Positions 10,498-20,200 of a DNA stretch of 64,000 nt are shown one piece after another; position 1 is the stretch's first letter, and each line of letters opens with the position of its first letter. The DNA lies in the NCBI GenBank assembly GCA_020725175.1, contig DYFM01000007.1, positions 1,054-65,053 on the forward strand, read 5' to 3'. Origin of the DNA: Candidatus Paceibacter sp. GTDB lineage: Bacteria > Patescibacteriota > Patescibacteriia > Magasanikbacterales > UBA922. The translations under genes were made by a program, and so were the position numbers. The notes beneath the pieces were generated by a model that ran no database searches, had not been told where the DNA came from, and worked only from the letters and a program-made list of their open reading frames with translations.

Positions 10498-10974
10498 ATG
10501 CCCCTCACCAACCCCCTCAAACTCACCATCACCATCCTCCTGTCCCTCTCCGCCGGGTTCATTGGTTCTTTTTTCACTGCTTCATCTGTTCGAAACTGGT
10601 ACACAACGATTGAAAAACCGGCCCTCAATCCACCAAGCTGGGTCTTTGGTCCGGTGTGGACGATATTGTTTATTCTCATGGGGGTTGCGGCCTATTTGGT
10701 GTGGAAAGAAGGGTTGGAAAAGAAACGAGTCAAGGTTGCGTTGGGGATATTTCTTGGGCAACTCGTTTTGAACACGCTTTGGTCCATTCTCTTTTTTGGT
10801 TTACAAAATCCAGGGACAGCACTTATTGAAATCATCATTCTTTGGCTTGCTATCGTAGTGACAATGGTGGCTTTTTATCGAGTCTCCAAACTGGCGGCGT
10901 GGCTTCTCGTTCCTTACATTCTCTGGGTGAGTTTTGCGAGTTATCTGAATTATATGATTTGGGTGTTGAATTAA
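10498..10974 (+). CDS. tspO: TspO/MBR family tryptophan-rich sensory protein
   Basis: Five TM helices; PPSWVFGPVWTILFILMG, LNTLWSILFF and WLLVPYILWVSFASYLN match TspO conserved blocks. Start set at the internal ATG giving ~158 aa. Confidence 0.8.
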   Translation: MPLTNPLKLTITILLSLSAGFIGSFFTASSVRNWYTTIEKPALNPPSWVFGPVWTILFILMGVAAYLVWKEGLEKKRVKVALGIFLGQLVLNTLWSILFFGLQNPGTALIEIIILWLAIVVTMVAFYRVSKLAAWLLVPYILWVSFASYLNYMIWVLN

Positions 10975-10980
10975 TTGCAT

Positions 10981-11718
10981 ATGAATTCGCCTGTTTATGA
11001 TTTAAACAAAATAAAGTTTAGTACCGACCCGGCAACGTATGAGCGAGCGGTGGGATTAATCCAAAATGGAAAGGTGCGAGATGTAAAAGAGAGCTTGAAT
11101 GGGTTTCAAGCAACTGTTATTGGTACTGAACCGTATCGTGTGGTGGTTGGATATCGACAGTATGAGGATGGGGATTGTACGTGTTATCTCGGGGAGCGAG
11201 GTGAGGTGTGTAAACATATGGTAGCGTTGGCTCTGTACGTGGTGCTTCAGGGTGCGCCCGTGTCCGCTGAAGACATGCGGCAATATACAAAAGCAGTTTG
11301 CAGTAAAAAGATTGGTGAACTATCTAACAAAGAATTACTTGATGTAAAACAACAGATTACCGTGGCGCTCAAATATATCAAACCTTATGATGGTCCGTCA
11401 CGTATTTGGTTCCGTTATCAATCATCGTTGTCAGAAGGGTGTGCACGTATAACAGCCCTCGCGTCAGAATTGCCGGTAAGTAAGCAGACAGCAAAAATAT
11501 TGGTTGATCTTCTTATCCGAATGGAACGAAAACTTATGAATGGTGTTGATGATTCCGACGGGACTGTGGGAAGTTGTATGGAAGAGTTGGTTTTGGTGTT
11601 GAATGATTTTGCTATACTGTCTTCGGAATGCATAGAATGTTTTGGGGTTTTTTGCGGAATGCAAACGTCTTTTGGTTGGGAAGAGTCGTTGGTCCGCCTT
11701 TATACTACTTCTAACTGA
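10981..11718 (+). CDS. SWIM zinc-finger domain protein
   Basis: CTCYLGERGEVCKHMVALALYV matches the SWIM CxCx(n)CxH signature. Confidence 0.5.
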   Translation: MNSPVYDLNKIKFSTDPATYERAVGLIQNGKVRDVKESLNGFQATVIGTEPYRVVVGYRQYEDGDCTCYLGERGEVCKHMVALALYVVLQGAPVSAEDMRQYTKAVCSKKIGELSNKELLDVKQQITVALKYIKPYDGPSRIWFRYQSSLSEGCARITALASELPVSKQTAKILVDLLIRMERKLMNGVDDSDGTVGSCMEELVLVLNDFAILSSECIECFGVFCGMQTSFGWEESLVRLYTTSN

Positions 11719-11742
11719 TATTATTTTTTTAGCCCGTTTTAT

Positions 11743-12480
11743 ATGAAGCAAAAGAAAACAAATGTAGCATCAAAAACAAGTAAAAGACAATCTAAAAAAA
11801 GTATTGATTTTTCAGCAGTAGACATGCCACAACTTATCGATTGGGCGCATGAGGGAACCAAAGATTCACTTGATAAACTGACTTCGTTTATCATAGAGAC
11901 AAACAATACGGAGCTACGAGAATTTGCCAATATCGCTTATGGGGAAGCGGAATATTTTTACTATAGCCCAAAAAATAAACAAGAAGAACGTGATCTTGAA
12001 TTGGCATTTTTAATTCATGAACGAGAAGAACATCTGATTAAATTGTTAGCAGAAGCTGATCGATTGAGTGTATTGATAAAAAAAGATAAGTTGGAACAAG
12101 AGATTTATGACAGTCTCATGAAAAAGCAAAACACCAAAAAGAAGGTAGAATGGCAATATCGATATATGGGTGATATACATGGTTGTCAGGCTCGTTTGCA
12201 GGAGGTGGAAGAGGACATAGAGTATGAGAGTGCTTGGCTCAAAGAAGCACTAGGTATGATGAAAACAAAGCGATACGAGAATCTACCTGAAAGTGTTTTT
12301 GAACATATGCGCCTCAGTGAAAGTGGCTCGTTTTGGATAGATGATATGGGTGGTTTTGCGGAGAATTGTTGTGACATCTCTTGTCCTCATTGCGGATCGC
12401 ATAATACGGTTGAGATAGATGATCAGGTTCATCCAGTTGGAAATTTTCATAAGTCAGAGATCGAAGATATACCGTTTTAA
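11743..12480 (+). CDS. Hypothetical protein with a C-terminal zinc ribbon (CPHCGSH)
   Basis: 245-aa ORF. Lys-rich N-terminus, CxxC...CPHC near the C-terminus. Confidence 0.4.
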   Translation: MKQKKTNVASKTSKRQSKKSIDFSAVDMPQLIDWAHEGTKDSLDKLTSFIIETNNTELREFANIAYGEAEYFYYSPKNKQEERDLELAFLIHEREEHLIKLLAEADRLSVLIKKDKLEQEIYDSLMKKQNTKKKVEWQYRYMGDIHGCQARLQEVEEDIEYESAWLKEALGMMKTKRYENLPESVFEHMRLSESGSFWIDDMGGFAENCCDISCPHCGSHNTVEIDDQVHPVGNFHKSEIEDIPF

Positions 12481-12484
12481 TCCG

Positions 12485-12612
12485 CCCACAGCCCCACCTC
12501 CACCTCCACCTCCACCTCCACCTTCACCCAAGGCGGATAAACAAGGCGGATAAACAAGACGGATAAACAAGACGGACAGGTAAGACGGACACGTGCGGCG
12601 GGGAAATTCATT
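12485..12612. repeat. Family A repeat copy 1: (CCTCCA)n microsatellite followed by ~5 tandem 13-bp direct repeats CAAGGCGGATAAA and a conserved tail GACAGGTAAGACGGACACGTGCGGCGGGGAAATTCATT
   Basis: Read directly from the sequence. A near-identical architecture occurs at 52664-52752. Confidence 0.8.
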
Positions 12613-12746
12613 AAAAAGTAGTTACTCATTAAAATATTGCATAAATTGGAAAGTATTGTAAAATACATAGTGACGATTGATGGGGTGAATTTGTTGTACA
12701 AATAAAAAAACTATGTCTTACAACTTTTATTCTTAACAAAAATTAT

Positions 12747-13133
12747 ATGAAAGGCTACATCACCAACATTGAACAAGCAACTATTGAAAACACCGATTAT
12801 CGTAGAGTTCTCTATACGAGTAAACATAGTCAGTTGGTTCTCATGAGTCTCAAACCGGGAGATGAGGTTGGAGAAGAGGTGCATGACTTGGATCAGTTTA
12901 TCCGCCTAGAGCAGGGGACAGCCAAAGTAACGCTCGATGGAGTGGAGCACACGTTACGTGCTGACGACGCAGTTGTTATTCCTGAAGGCACAAGACATAA
13001 TGTGGTCAATATCGGGGAAGATGAGTTGAAGCTCTATAGTGTGTACTCTCCTCCGGAACATAAAGATGGTATTGTTCAACCTACCAAAGCGGATGAATTT
13101 GATGAACACTGGGATGGGGTGACGAGTGAGTGA
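12747..13133 (+). CDS. Cupin domain protein
   Basis: Cupin_2-like motifs: GEEVHDLDQFIRLEQG and VVIPEGTRHNVVNIGEDEL. Confidence 0.65.
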   Translation: MKGYITNIEQATIENTDYRRVLYTSKHSQLVLMSLKPGDEVGEEVHDLDQFIRLEQGTAKVTLDGVEHTLRADDAVVIPEGTRHNVVNIGEDELKLYSVYSPPEHKDGIVQPTKADEFDEHWDGVTSE

Positions 13134-13270
13134 GGGTAGTATTTAGTGTGATAGTTGTAAGGAGTTAGTAGCTAGTAGCTAGTTGCTTGTAATTAGTGAA
13201 CGCAGTATGGCGGTAAGTATGTAATTACACATGCATGGGTAAATTATCTACCTCCTTTTTTCAGAGGTAA

Positions 13271-13755
13271 GTTCTAACAGTAGCACCGGAATTGATCGGT
13301 AAGGTGTTGGTTCGTCGTTTGCCGGATGGAACGTTGTCTCAATCTTTTATTACTGAAGTAGAAGCATACGATGGGGAACAAGATCTTGCGTGTCATGCGT
13401 CAAAAGGCAAAACACCTCGAACGGCAGTTATGTATGAACCGGGTGGAGTGTGGTATGTGTATTTGGTGTATGGTATGTATCATATGCTCAATATTGTGAC
13501 ACGAAGTGCCGGGTATCCGGCAGCAGTGCTGATTCGAGGCACTTCCGGTATTTCTGGTCCCGGAAGATTGACGAAACACCTTCAAATAGATCGAACGTTA
13601 ACTGGGATGAAAGCGAAGAAAACAGTGGACTGTGGATTGAGGATCATGGTATTGCAGTTCCATCGAATGAGATTATTCAGACGCTGAGAATTGGAGTTGA
13701 TTATGCTGGTCTGTGGGCGAAGAAAGAGTATCGGTTTGTGTGGTATAATAGTTGA
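13271..13755 (+). pseudogene. mpg: 3-methyladenine DNA glycosylase (Mpg/AAG family), N-terminally short and interrupted by a -1 frameshift near 13600
   Basis: Frame A: ELIGKVLVRR...[47 protein letters not shown]...[11 protein letters not shown]. Frame B continues with [16 protein letters not shown]...[21 protein letters not shown]. Together these match AAG-family blocks. No ATG start; a stop lies at 13268. Confidence 0.55.
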
Positions 13756-13780
13756 GAAATAGAGTTTTAACATTTTATAT

Positions 13781-16543
13781 ATGCCAAATGATGGGTTAGG
13801 TAAAAGAAGAAGAAGATTGGTTCGGGATATTGAAGAAGAAAGGCGCTCTTCCGATGAACCAACAACTAAGGGTGAATCTTCTCCAAAAGTACCACCAGCA
13901 GAGAATAGTGGTACTAAAGGTGCTCGTATAGAAAAAAGGCAAAGAACTGCCACTAAAGAGCTACCAGAAAAAAAAGTTGTGCCTTCTGTAAAAGAACAGC
14001 TTGAAGAAGGAGTGCTACGTCTTTCTGAAGTCTCTGGAGACGAGACACTTTATTCTCACCAGGAAGCTATCATGGTTGATGTCGTAGATTATCTTCGTGA
14101 AATAATTAAGAGAAAAAAGAAACCATCTTTGGACACAGAATCATTCCATTACGCACGAATTGTAGCCGCACCAAGAACAGGTAAAACGCGTATTGCCGCT
14201 GAAATAGTTCGTCGTACTGGAGTAAGAATTGTATACTTAGTTCCTGCTCTGAATTTAGTAGAACAAGCAATAAAAGAGTTTCGAGACCATTTAGGGACAC
14301 AGATAAACATTGCAGCTTATACAGGTAGAGATAAAAAAGATGTTTCGGGGGCTCATATTATCATTGGCACGTATCAAAAAGCACAAAAACAAGGAGAAAT
14401 AGGTAAAGATCTTCCCGAAGAATTTCACCAAGCAGGTATTGTTTTTCTTGATGAGGGGCATACATCGACTACCGAACAGCGAACAGAAATGCTACGAAAA
14501 GCGTTTTCTCCCGAAGCTGTTAAAATAGCTTTAACCGGCACACCCGACTATAGTGAAGAGCGACTACTTGAAAGGTATTATCCTGTTTTAATACATGAAC
14601 TTAGTATTCCAGAAGCGTATGAGTTAAATATGTACGCTCCTTTTCAATACAGTATTATCGAAATGGATCGAGATGCCTCGCATGTATCATCTGAGGGAGA
14701 GGATTTTAATTCAGAAGAACTAGGTGAAATATATACTCAAATTCCTGTACTAGAATTGGCATACCGTTTACGTAAGATAACCCAGACAATGGCTAATACT
14801 CCAGCTCTTATAACATGCGCCAGTGTAAAACAGGCTAATTTACTACAGCAGTACATGGAAGAAAAAGGTATTTTGTCTGAGCTCATTACTGGAACGATAG
14901 ATAAAAATCATAGAAAAAAAATTCTTGATAAATTTGATAGAGGTGAAGTTGATACTCTTATTACTGTTAAAGTTTTAACACAAGGATGGGATTCTCCGCG
15001 ATGTAAGTACCTTATTGATCTAGCACCAACTTTTTCACCTGTTTTGGCCCAACAAAAATATACACGACCACTCACTAAAACTGATAATAAACAGATAGCC
15101 ACTATTGTTACGGTTGTCCCAAAAAACCTTCCGGTTGAACCGATTTTTCCAGGAGAGGTTTTTTCATTAGAGGAAGATATTGTTTTGCCACCTGGAAGAA
15201 TCATGTCACCGGATAAAGAGATTCAGAAACCCCAAAACGAAGAATATCAATTACCTTCAATTGATAATCTTACGGTTCGATTAGTGGCTGATCTACAAGA
15301 TTTTCACTTTATGGCAAGAAAAGAATTGGTAGCTTCACCCCACACTTTACGATCAATTTTGGAGACCGGATTAAGGCAATTTTCCAGAAATGCTAAAGAA
15401 AAAAAACTCATGCTTATTGCACTATTAGCGAGTCGTTTCAATTTTAATAGAACGCACTTTTCTCACGAGTCATTTGTTGGTAGCGGTCGAGTTTTGTTGA
15501 GGAGATTGGGATTTAAGAGTACTGATGAAGGGTATACGCAGTTTTTGTATGCTTTTTTTCCTGAGGAAGCAGCTACAATTTTTCTTTTTAAAGATCAACT
15601 ACAAAACTATCGTTTTCTTTCTACTAATCGACTGATGCGATTATTAAGACAAGAAGAGAGTGTTAATTTGCGTTCTACTACAAGTGATTTGATGACTATT
15701 AATCGGGGATTACTGAGTGGTGATCAAAAAGTTAGAAATAATGCAGCAGCGGCAATGGAAATCCTTTCTCAGGGTGGTAACGAAACTCATTTGTATTCAA
15801 ATCGTGCAGAAAGTTTACTTGATCCAGAACATCCTGCTGAGGATTTGTTTGTTCAACATACGCTTCTTCCAACGGTAGTTAATGATTTGGGTGAAAGGGA
15901 TATGAAATATCTAAGAGAAAGGGTACTGTTAGGTAAAACATTAGATGAAACCGGAAAAGTACTGGATGTTTCACGTGAGAGAGTGAGACAGAGAGTTGCA
16001 ACTCTTCTGTCTAGAATGAAACATAGGTTAGAGTTGATGATGAAAGCATCTTCTGAGATAAAAAGTGATCAGGTTGAAAGTTTCCAACTGAAAAAAACAT
16101 GGTCCGAAAATTTTTTGTTTATAGGAAATTTTATGCTTGAAGCAGGTAGAGAATTGCATCATATTTTTAATGAACAGCTGCCTGATCATGAAGTTTTATT
16201 TTTCCATAATGAGTTTAGTAAGACTGTTAAAAATGTAATAATGTTTATGAATGAGATTGGTAGTTTATCACTTAAAATTGCCGAACTATATGAGAAAGAA
16301 AATATTTCTGATTATTATCAAGAATTAAGGGATAAACTATTTACTTTACAAAATTTGATGAGTGAAATGCAGAAACAAGAAGAGATATTACAAATAAAAG
16401 TGCAAAGTGTTATTCAGCAAAAAAACTATCCCTGGGTATTGGCTCTGCACGTAGAGATGCAGAAGTTTTTTTCTCAACAAAAAAAAATCAAAAATTTATT
16501 TCTGCAAGTTTGGTCTCGTTTATATGAAGCGCGTAACCTATAG
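13781..16543 (+). CDS. SF2 (DExH/ResIII-like) helicase fused to a C-terminal sigma-70 region-4-like HTH domain
   Basis: Walker A AAPRTGKTRIA, motif II FLDEGH, motif III LTGTPD, helicase-C block LITVKVLTQGWDSP. Near residue ~730, LGKTLDETGKVLDVSRERVRQRVATLLSRMK closely matches sigma-70 region 4.2 (TLEEIG..fgVTRERIRQIE..AL.KLR). Confidence 0.6.
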   Translation: MPNDGLGKRRRRLVRDIEEERRSSDEPTTKGESSPKVPPAENSGTKGARIEKRQRTATKELPEKKVVPSVKEQLEEGVLRLSEVSGDETLYSHQEAIMVDVVDYLREIIKRKKKPSLDTESFHYARIVAAPRTGKTRIAAEIVRRTGVRIVYLVPALNLVEQAIKEFRDHLGTQINIAAYTGRDKKDVSGAHIIIGTYQKAQKQGEIGKDLPEEFHQAGIVFLDEGHTSTTEQRTEMLRKAFSPEAVKIALTGTPDYSEERLLERYYPVLIHELSIPEAYELNMYAPFQYSIIEMDRDASHVSSEGEDFNSEELGEIYTQIPVLELAYRLRKITQTMANTPALITCASVKQANLLQQYMEEKGILSELITGTIDKNHRKKILDKFDRGEVDTLITVKVLTQGWDSPRCKYLIDLAPTFSPVLAQQKYTRPLTKTDNKQIATIVTVVPKNLPVEPIFPGEVFSLEEDIVLPPGRIMSPDKEIQKPQNEEYQLPSIDNLTVRLVADLQDFHFMARKELVASPHTLRSILETGLRQFSRNAKEKKLMLIALLASRFNFNRTHFSHESFVGSGRVLLRRLGFKSTDEGYTQFLYAFFPEEAATIFLFKDQLQNYRFLSTNRLMRLLRQEESVNLRSTTSDLMTINRGLLSGDQKVRNNAAAAMEILSQGGNETHLYSNRAESLLDPEHPAEDLFVQHTLLPTVVNDLGERDMKYLRERVLLGKTLDETGKVLDVSRERVRQRVATLLSRMKHRLELMMKASSEIKSDQVESFQLKKTWSENFLFIGNFMLEAGRELHHIFNEQLPDHEVLFFHNEFSKTVKNVIMFMNEIGSLSLKIAELYEKENISDYYQELRDKLFTLQNLMSEMQKQEEILQIKVQSVIQQKNYPWVLALHVEMQKFFSQQKKIKNLFLQVWSRLYEARNL

Positions 16544-16629
16544 TTATTCACATTTTTCTCGGTACTGAATAATTTTTGTGGTATACTTTGTAAGTCTAAA
16601 GCTCACTTTAGGCATATAACGTAAGATAT

Positions 16630-17268
16630 TTGATTTATTATTTAACAACCCATATGCAGGAGGCACAATCCAAATCATTTTTTCGGTCCAGCTTGTTTTA
16701 CTGGATTGTTTTGTTTCTCGTCGTCGTTCTCGTCGGCGGTTTTTTTTATTGGCAATATCAGAAAGAAGATCCGGTGCTGAAGAGTTTGAGCGCTGATTTG
16801 CAAGGTGATGTAGATAGTGTGGGAAATCCTTTGCCACCGGGGGTTGAGGTGATTGAGGAGGGGGGGAAGAAAAGGGTGAAAAATCATTTGGATGGTTATT
16901 CTTTGTTAACATCATTAAGTTCTAGTGTAGGTTATGAAAAAGGGGTTCTTACCATTAACGAAGAAATTAAAAAAAACGTAGAAATTGAAGGGGGTGCGGC
17001 TTTACCACAATATAAAATAGTTGTTTTATATGAAAAAAAGAATCTCGAGGATTGGGTTAAGGAATGGGTAGAAGAGCAAGAATATGGTTTGGAATATACT
17101 ATTACAAGTCAAACCTACCCTAATCTTGGTGAAGTATTTTTAATAACTGTCCCGAGTTTTGGATATTTAGAAAGACATTTGGTTTTTAGGATAGAAGATA
17201 AAATTTATTTTATTGATTACTTTCTAAAGGATCCTGAAGAGATAATCTCAGGCTTAACTTTTAATTAA
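16630..17268 (+). CDS. Hypothetical membrane-anchored protein
   Basis: N-terminal TM helix (LFYWIVLFLVVVLVGGFFYW) and soluble C-terminal domain. No recognised motif. Confidence 0.4.
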   Translation: MIYYLTTHMQEAQSKSFFRSSLFYWIVLFLVVVLVGGFFYWQYQKEDPVLKSLSADLQGDVDSVGNPLPPGVEVIEEGGKKRVKNHLDGYSLLTSLSSSVGYEKGVLTINEEIKKNVEIEGGAALPQYKIVVLYEKKNLEDWVKEWVEEQEYGLEYTITSQTYPNLGEVFLITVPSFGYLERHLVFRIEDKIYFIDYFLKDPEEIISGLTFN

Positions 17269-17274
17269 TCTATT

Positions 17275-20200
17275 ATGGGAGGGTATGTAAAAATCTTAAT
17301 AACTATTTTGTTTTTTTTGTTTCATCCTAGTTTTGTTTTTAGTGTAGAGTTAAAGCCATTTGATTATCCTTTATATCAGAAATTGGTACAAACTGTTCGC
17401 TTAGGAGGTAGTTGGAGCAAGTATTACGGTCACTTAGGTGAAGATTATGGTGCTGATCCAGGTGATACAGTATATGCTGTAGCAGATGGTGTTGTAGAGT
17501 TGGTGAAAAATTGGCCTTTGTGTGATAAATTTGAAAAAGTTAATGGTGAGTTAAAGAAAGTTGATAGTGCAAGAGGTTGGGGAGGTGTTGTCATCATAAA
17601 ACATGATTTAAAAGGGGAGGGCAATTTTTTTACGAAGGATCTATATCTTCCTAATTCTCCAGTAGAAGAAAATCCGGAGGTTGTTTTTAGTCAATATGGA
17701 CACTTAACAAACTTAACTGTTACGAATGGGCAGGTTGTTAAAAAAGGAGAAAAAATAGGAGAAATTGGAAAAATGTGTAAGTGGATACCACATCTACATA
17801 TTGAAATTAAAGATAAAAATGCTTTAGAGAACGAAATTTTAGACGGAGTTGGTAGTGGTTACTCTGGTAAACATGATCATGCCCCACATAGATACAAAAT
17901 TTTAGCTTTTATAGAAAAAAATTCTTACTTGAGTCTTTCGGATGATCCCCAACAAAAACCTGCTTCAAACAACCTGGCAAGTCCCATCATTCTTTCTCCA
18001 TTTACAAATCCACAATTCCTCTCCAACTTCTGGTCATCAAATAAGGAGACTGCCGTCTTTGCTGAGCAGTCTCCTTTTTTATTGGAAAATGTCATTGAGC
18101 AGATGAAGAAACCGAAACCAGATAATGATGTTCCGACAAAGGATGCTGGTGAGCCGAAGAATAATCTCGAAAAACCAAAAGAAGTCGTCGAGAACGGCAC
18201 ATATACCGCTACGCTGGTTGGTTCGCCAAAAGAAGTTCAGGTACTAAAAGGGACGAAGACGGTAGAATTGAAGCTCGAAGCAAAAAATAGCGGAACTGTA
18301 GCTTGGAAAAAGAAGGATATTTCGGTGAATGTCGTCGGAGGAAAAGCAAAAAATAGCAAGTACGTCACTGAAAGTTGGTTTACCAAATTGCGACCGGCTC
18401 TCCTTGATCAGGAACAGGTTTCTCCTGGTAGTATAGGAACATTTACGTTTGTCATTGCAATTCCTGAAGATGAAACTTCCATTACCTTACCGTTCATGAT
18501 TGTACGACAAGACGTACAAAACAATTTTTATCAAGTGGGAAATCAGCAATACATATTTCAAATTAAACAAGTGGACAGTTTACCCCTCGTTCAAAATGAA
18601 GAACCAGCTGGAACCGGTGGTCCAACAGATATCGACGATCCAAACTTTTTTGCCGACATATACAACGAAACAAAACAGGTAGTCAAAAAAACAGTTAAGA
18701 AAACTACGGACACAGTGAAAGACATCACCTATGATACTATTGATGTTATTAAAAACATACCACAATACTTTTCCGGTGGTGGGGGATCTTCTATAAATGA
18801 GGGTCAATACGAAGATGATAATTCTGTTGATACAGGAAATGAAAACAATAATGACATTGATATCGATGCTAACATTGAAAGTCCAACCAGCACTCCTAAA
18901 GAAGATGAACAGGTAGAAGAAACCGAAGACGAGCAAGTAGAAGAGCAAATTTCCATTCTTGAACCGGATCACACGCCGTACATTACCAACGCAAATCCAA
19001 TCATAATAGCAGGTGAACGAACGAGTGGGGTGGCAAGTGTTTCGTTGGTGGGAATGGACGCTGAGGTGGAATATCCTACAAGTACCGGTTGGCTTTTGCG
19101 GTTCAATCTATCGGAAGGTGAGCAGATGATTCAGGTGCAGGGGAAAAATGCCGCTGGAGCAGTGGTTGCGACTACAAGCGTTGGGTATGTATTTGACGTT
19201 ACGCCACCAGATACTCCTGGTGTAACAATTACCCAAACCGGAACAGATCCGACGTATGTTTCGGTGTCGTGGATTTCTTCGGATACGTTGAGTGGAATAA
19301 TGTCGTATGACGTAGAGCGAAAGTTGATGGGGAACGAAGCAAATGAGTGGGAACGTGTGCTTACAGATACGGCGGAAACAGAATATAATTTTGAAGCGTA
19401 TCTTGGTGATATATATGCGATTCGAGTTCGCGCACGGGATCGGGCGTACAATATTTCGGAGTGGAGTGGTGGAGAAGAAGGGGAGACGTATTATGTTGAT
19501 TATACAAAAGAACTAGTGATCAATGAAGTAAACTGGATGGGGACGATGAATAAGGCAACCGGTGGATGTCGAGATCATGAGTGGATTGAACTCTACAACC
19601 CAACAGAAAATCCGATCGACTTGACCGGTTGGACAGTGACGATTGAAAACAAATCCGGACAGATGAATACGCTTACACCGACCGGTTCTGTTTCTCCGCG
19701 GTCATATTACCTTTTGGCTCGAAAAGCATCAAGCCGTTCAGCTGTGATAGACCTTCCGATTGATCATGAATACCAGAATATTGTTTTGCCAAATGATGGC
19801 GCACGGTTAACGTTACGGAATAGCGTGGGTGAAATAGTCGACGAAGTGAATTTTGTTGACAAATGGCCGGCAGGTACACAAACTGGTGGACCAAGTAAAA
19901 ATTTCTATCGTTCCATGGAACGGGTGAGTTCGTATTTGCCGGGAAGTTTGACTGACAATTGGCGGACGAATCAACATATTCCGGTTCTTGGGAGAACAAA
20001 TAATTGTGGTGAATTATTTGGGTCACCGCGCCAACCAAACAACGGACACTGGTTGTTGCGTGCACCGGACTTTTATTATGCTGATGTGTTTGATGCTTCC
20101 GGTACGTTAACACTTTCAAACCGTTTCAGTCCATATGTATTGGACATTGGAACAATAATTCCGGCTGGAAAAACATTGGTGCTCGAGCCGGGGGTAGTGG

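Noticed and set aside
12477-12701. Minus-strand ORF encoding ...VEVEVEVEV...
   Set aside because: It is a translation artefact of the (CCTCCA)n microsatellite and family A repeat, not a gene.
13140-13260. TAGT-rich low-complexity stretch (TTAGTAGCTAGTAGCTAGTTGC...)
   Set aside because: It is a short simple-sequence tract in an intergenic region with no repeated unit beyond two copies and no evidence of function.
16544-16915. 123-aa minus-strand ORF overlapping the start of gene 16630-17268
   Set aside because: It is Pro/Arg-rich low complexity, antisense to a plausible plus-strand gene whose TM helix is encoded here.
18580-18972. 130-aa antisense ORF within the giant surface-protein gene
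   Set aside because: It lies inside a long continuous plus-strand ORF with recognisable domains. It is Phe/Ile-rich, typical of antisense AT-rich DNA.
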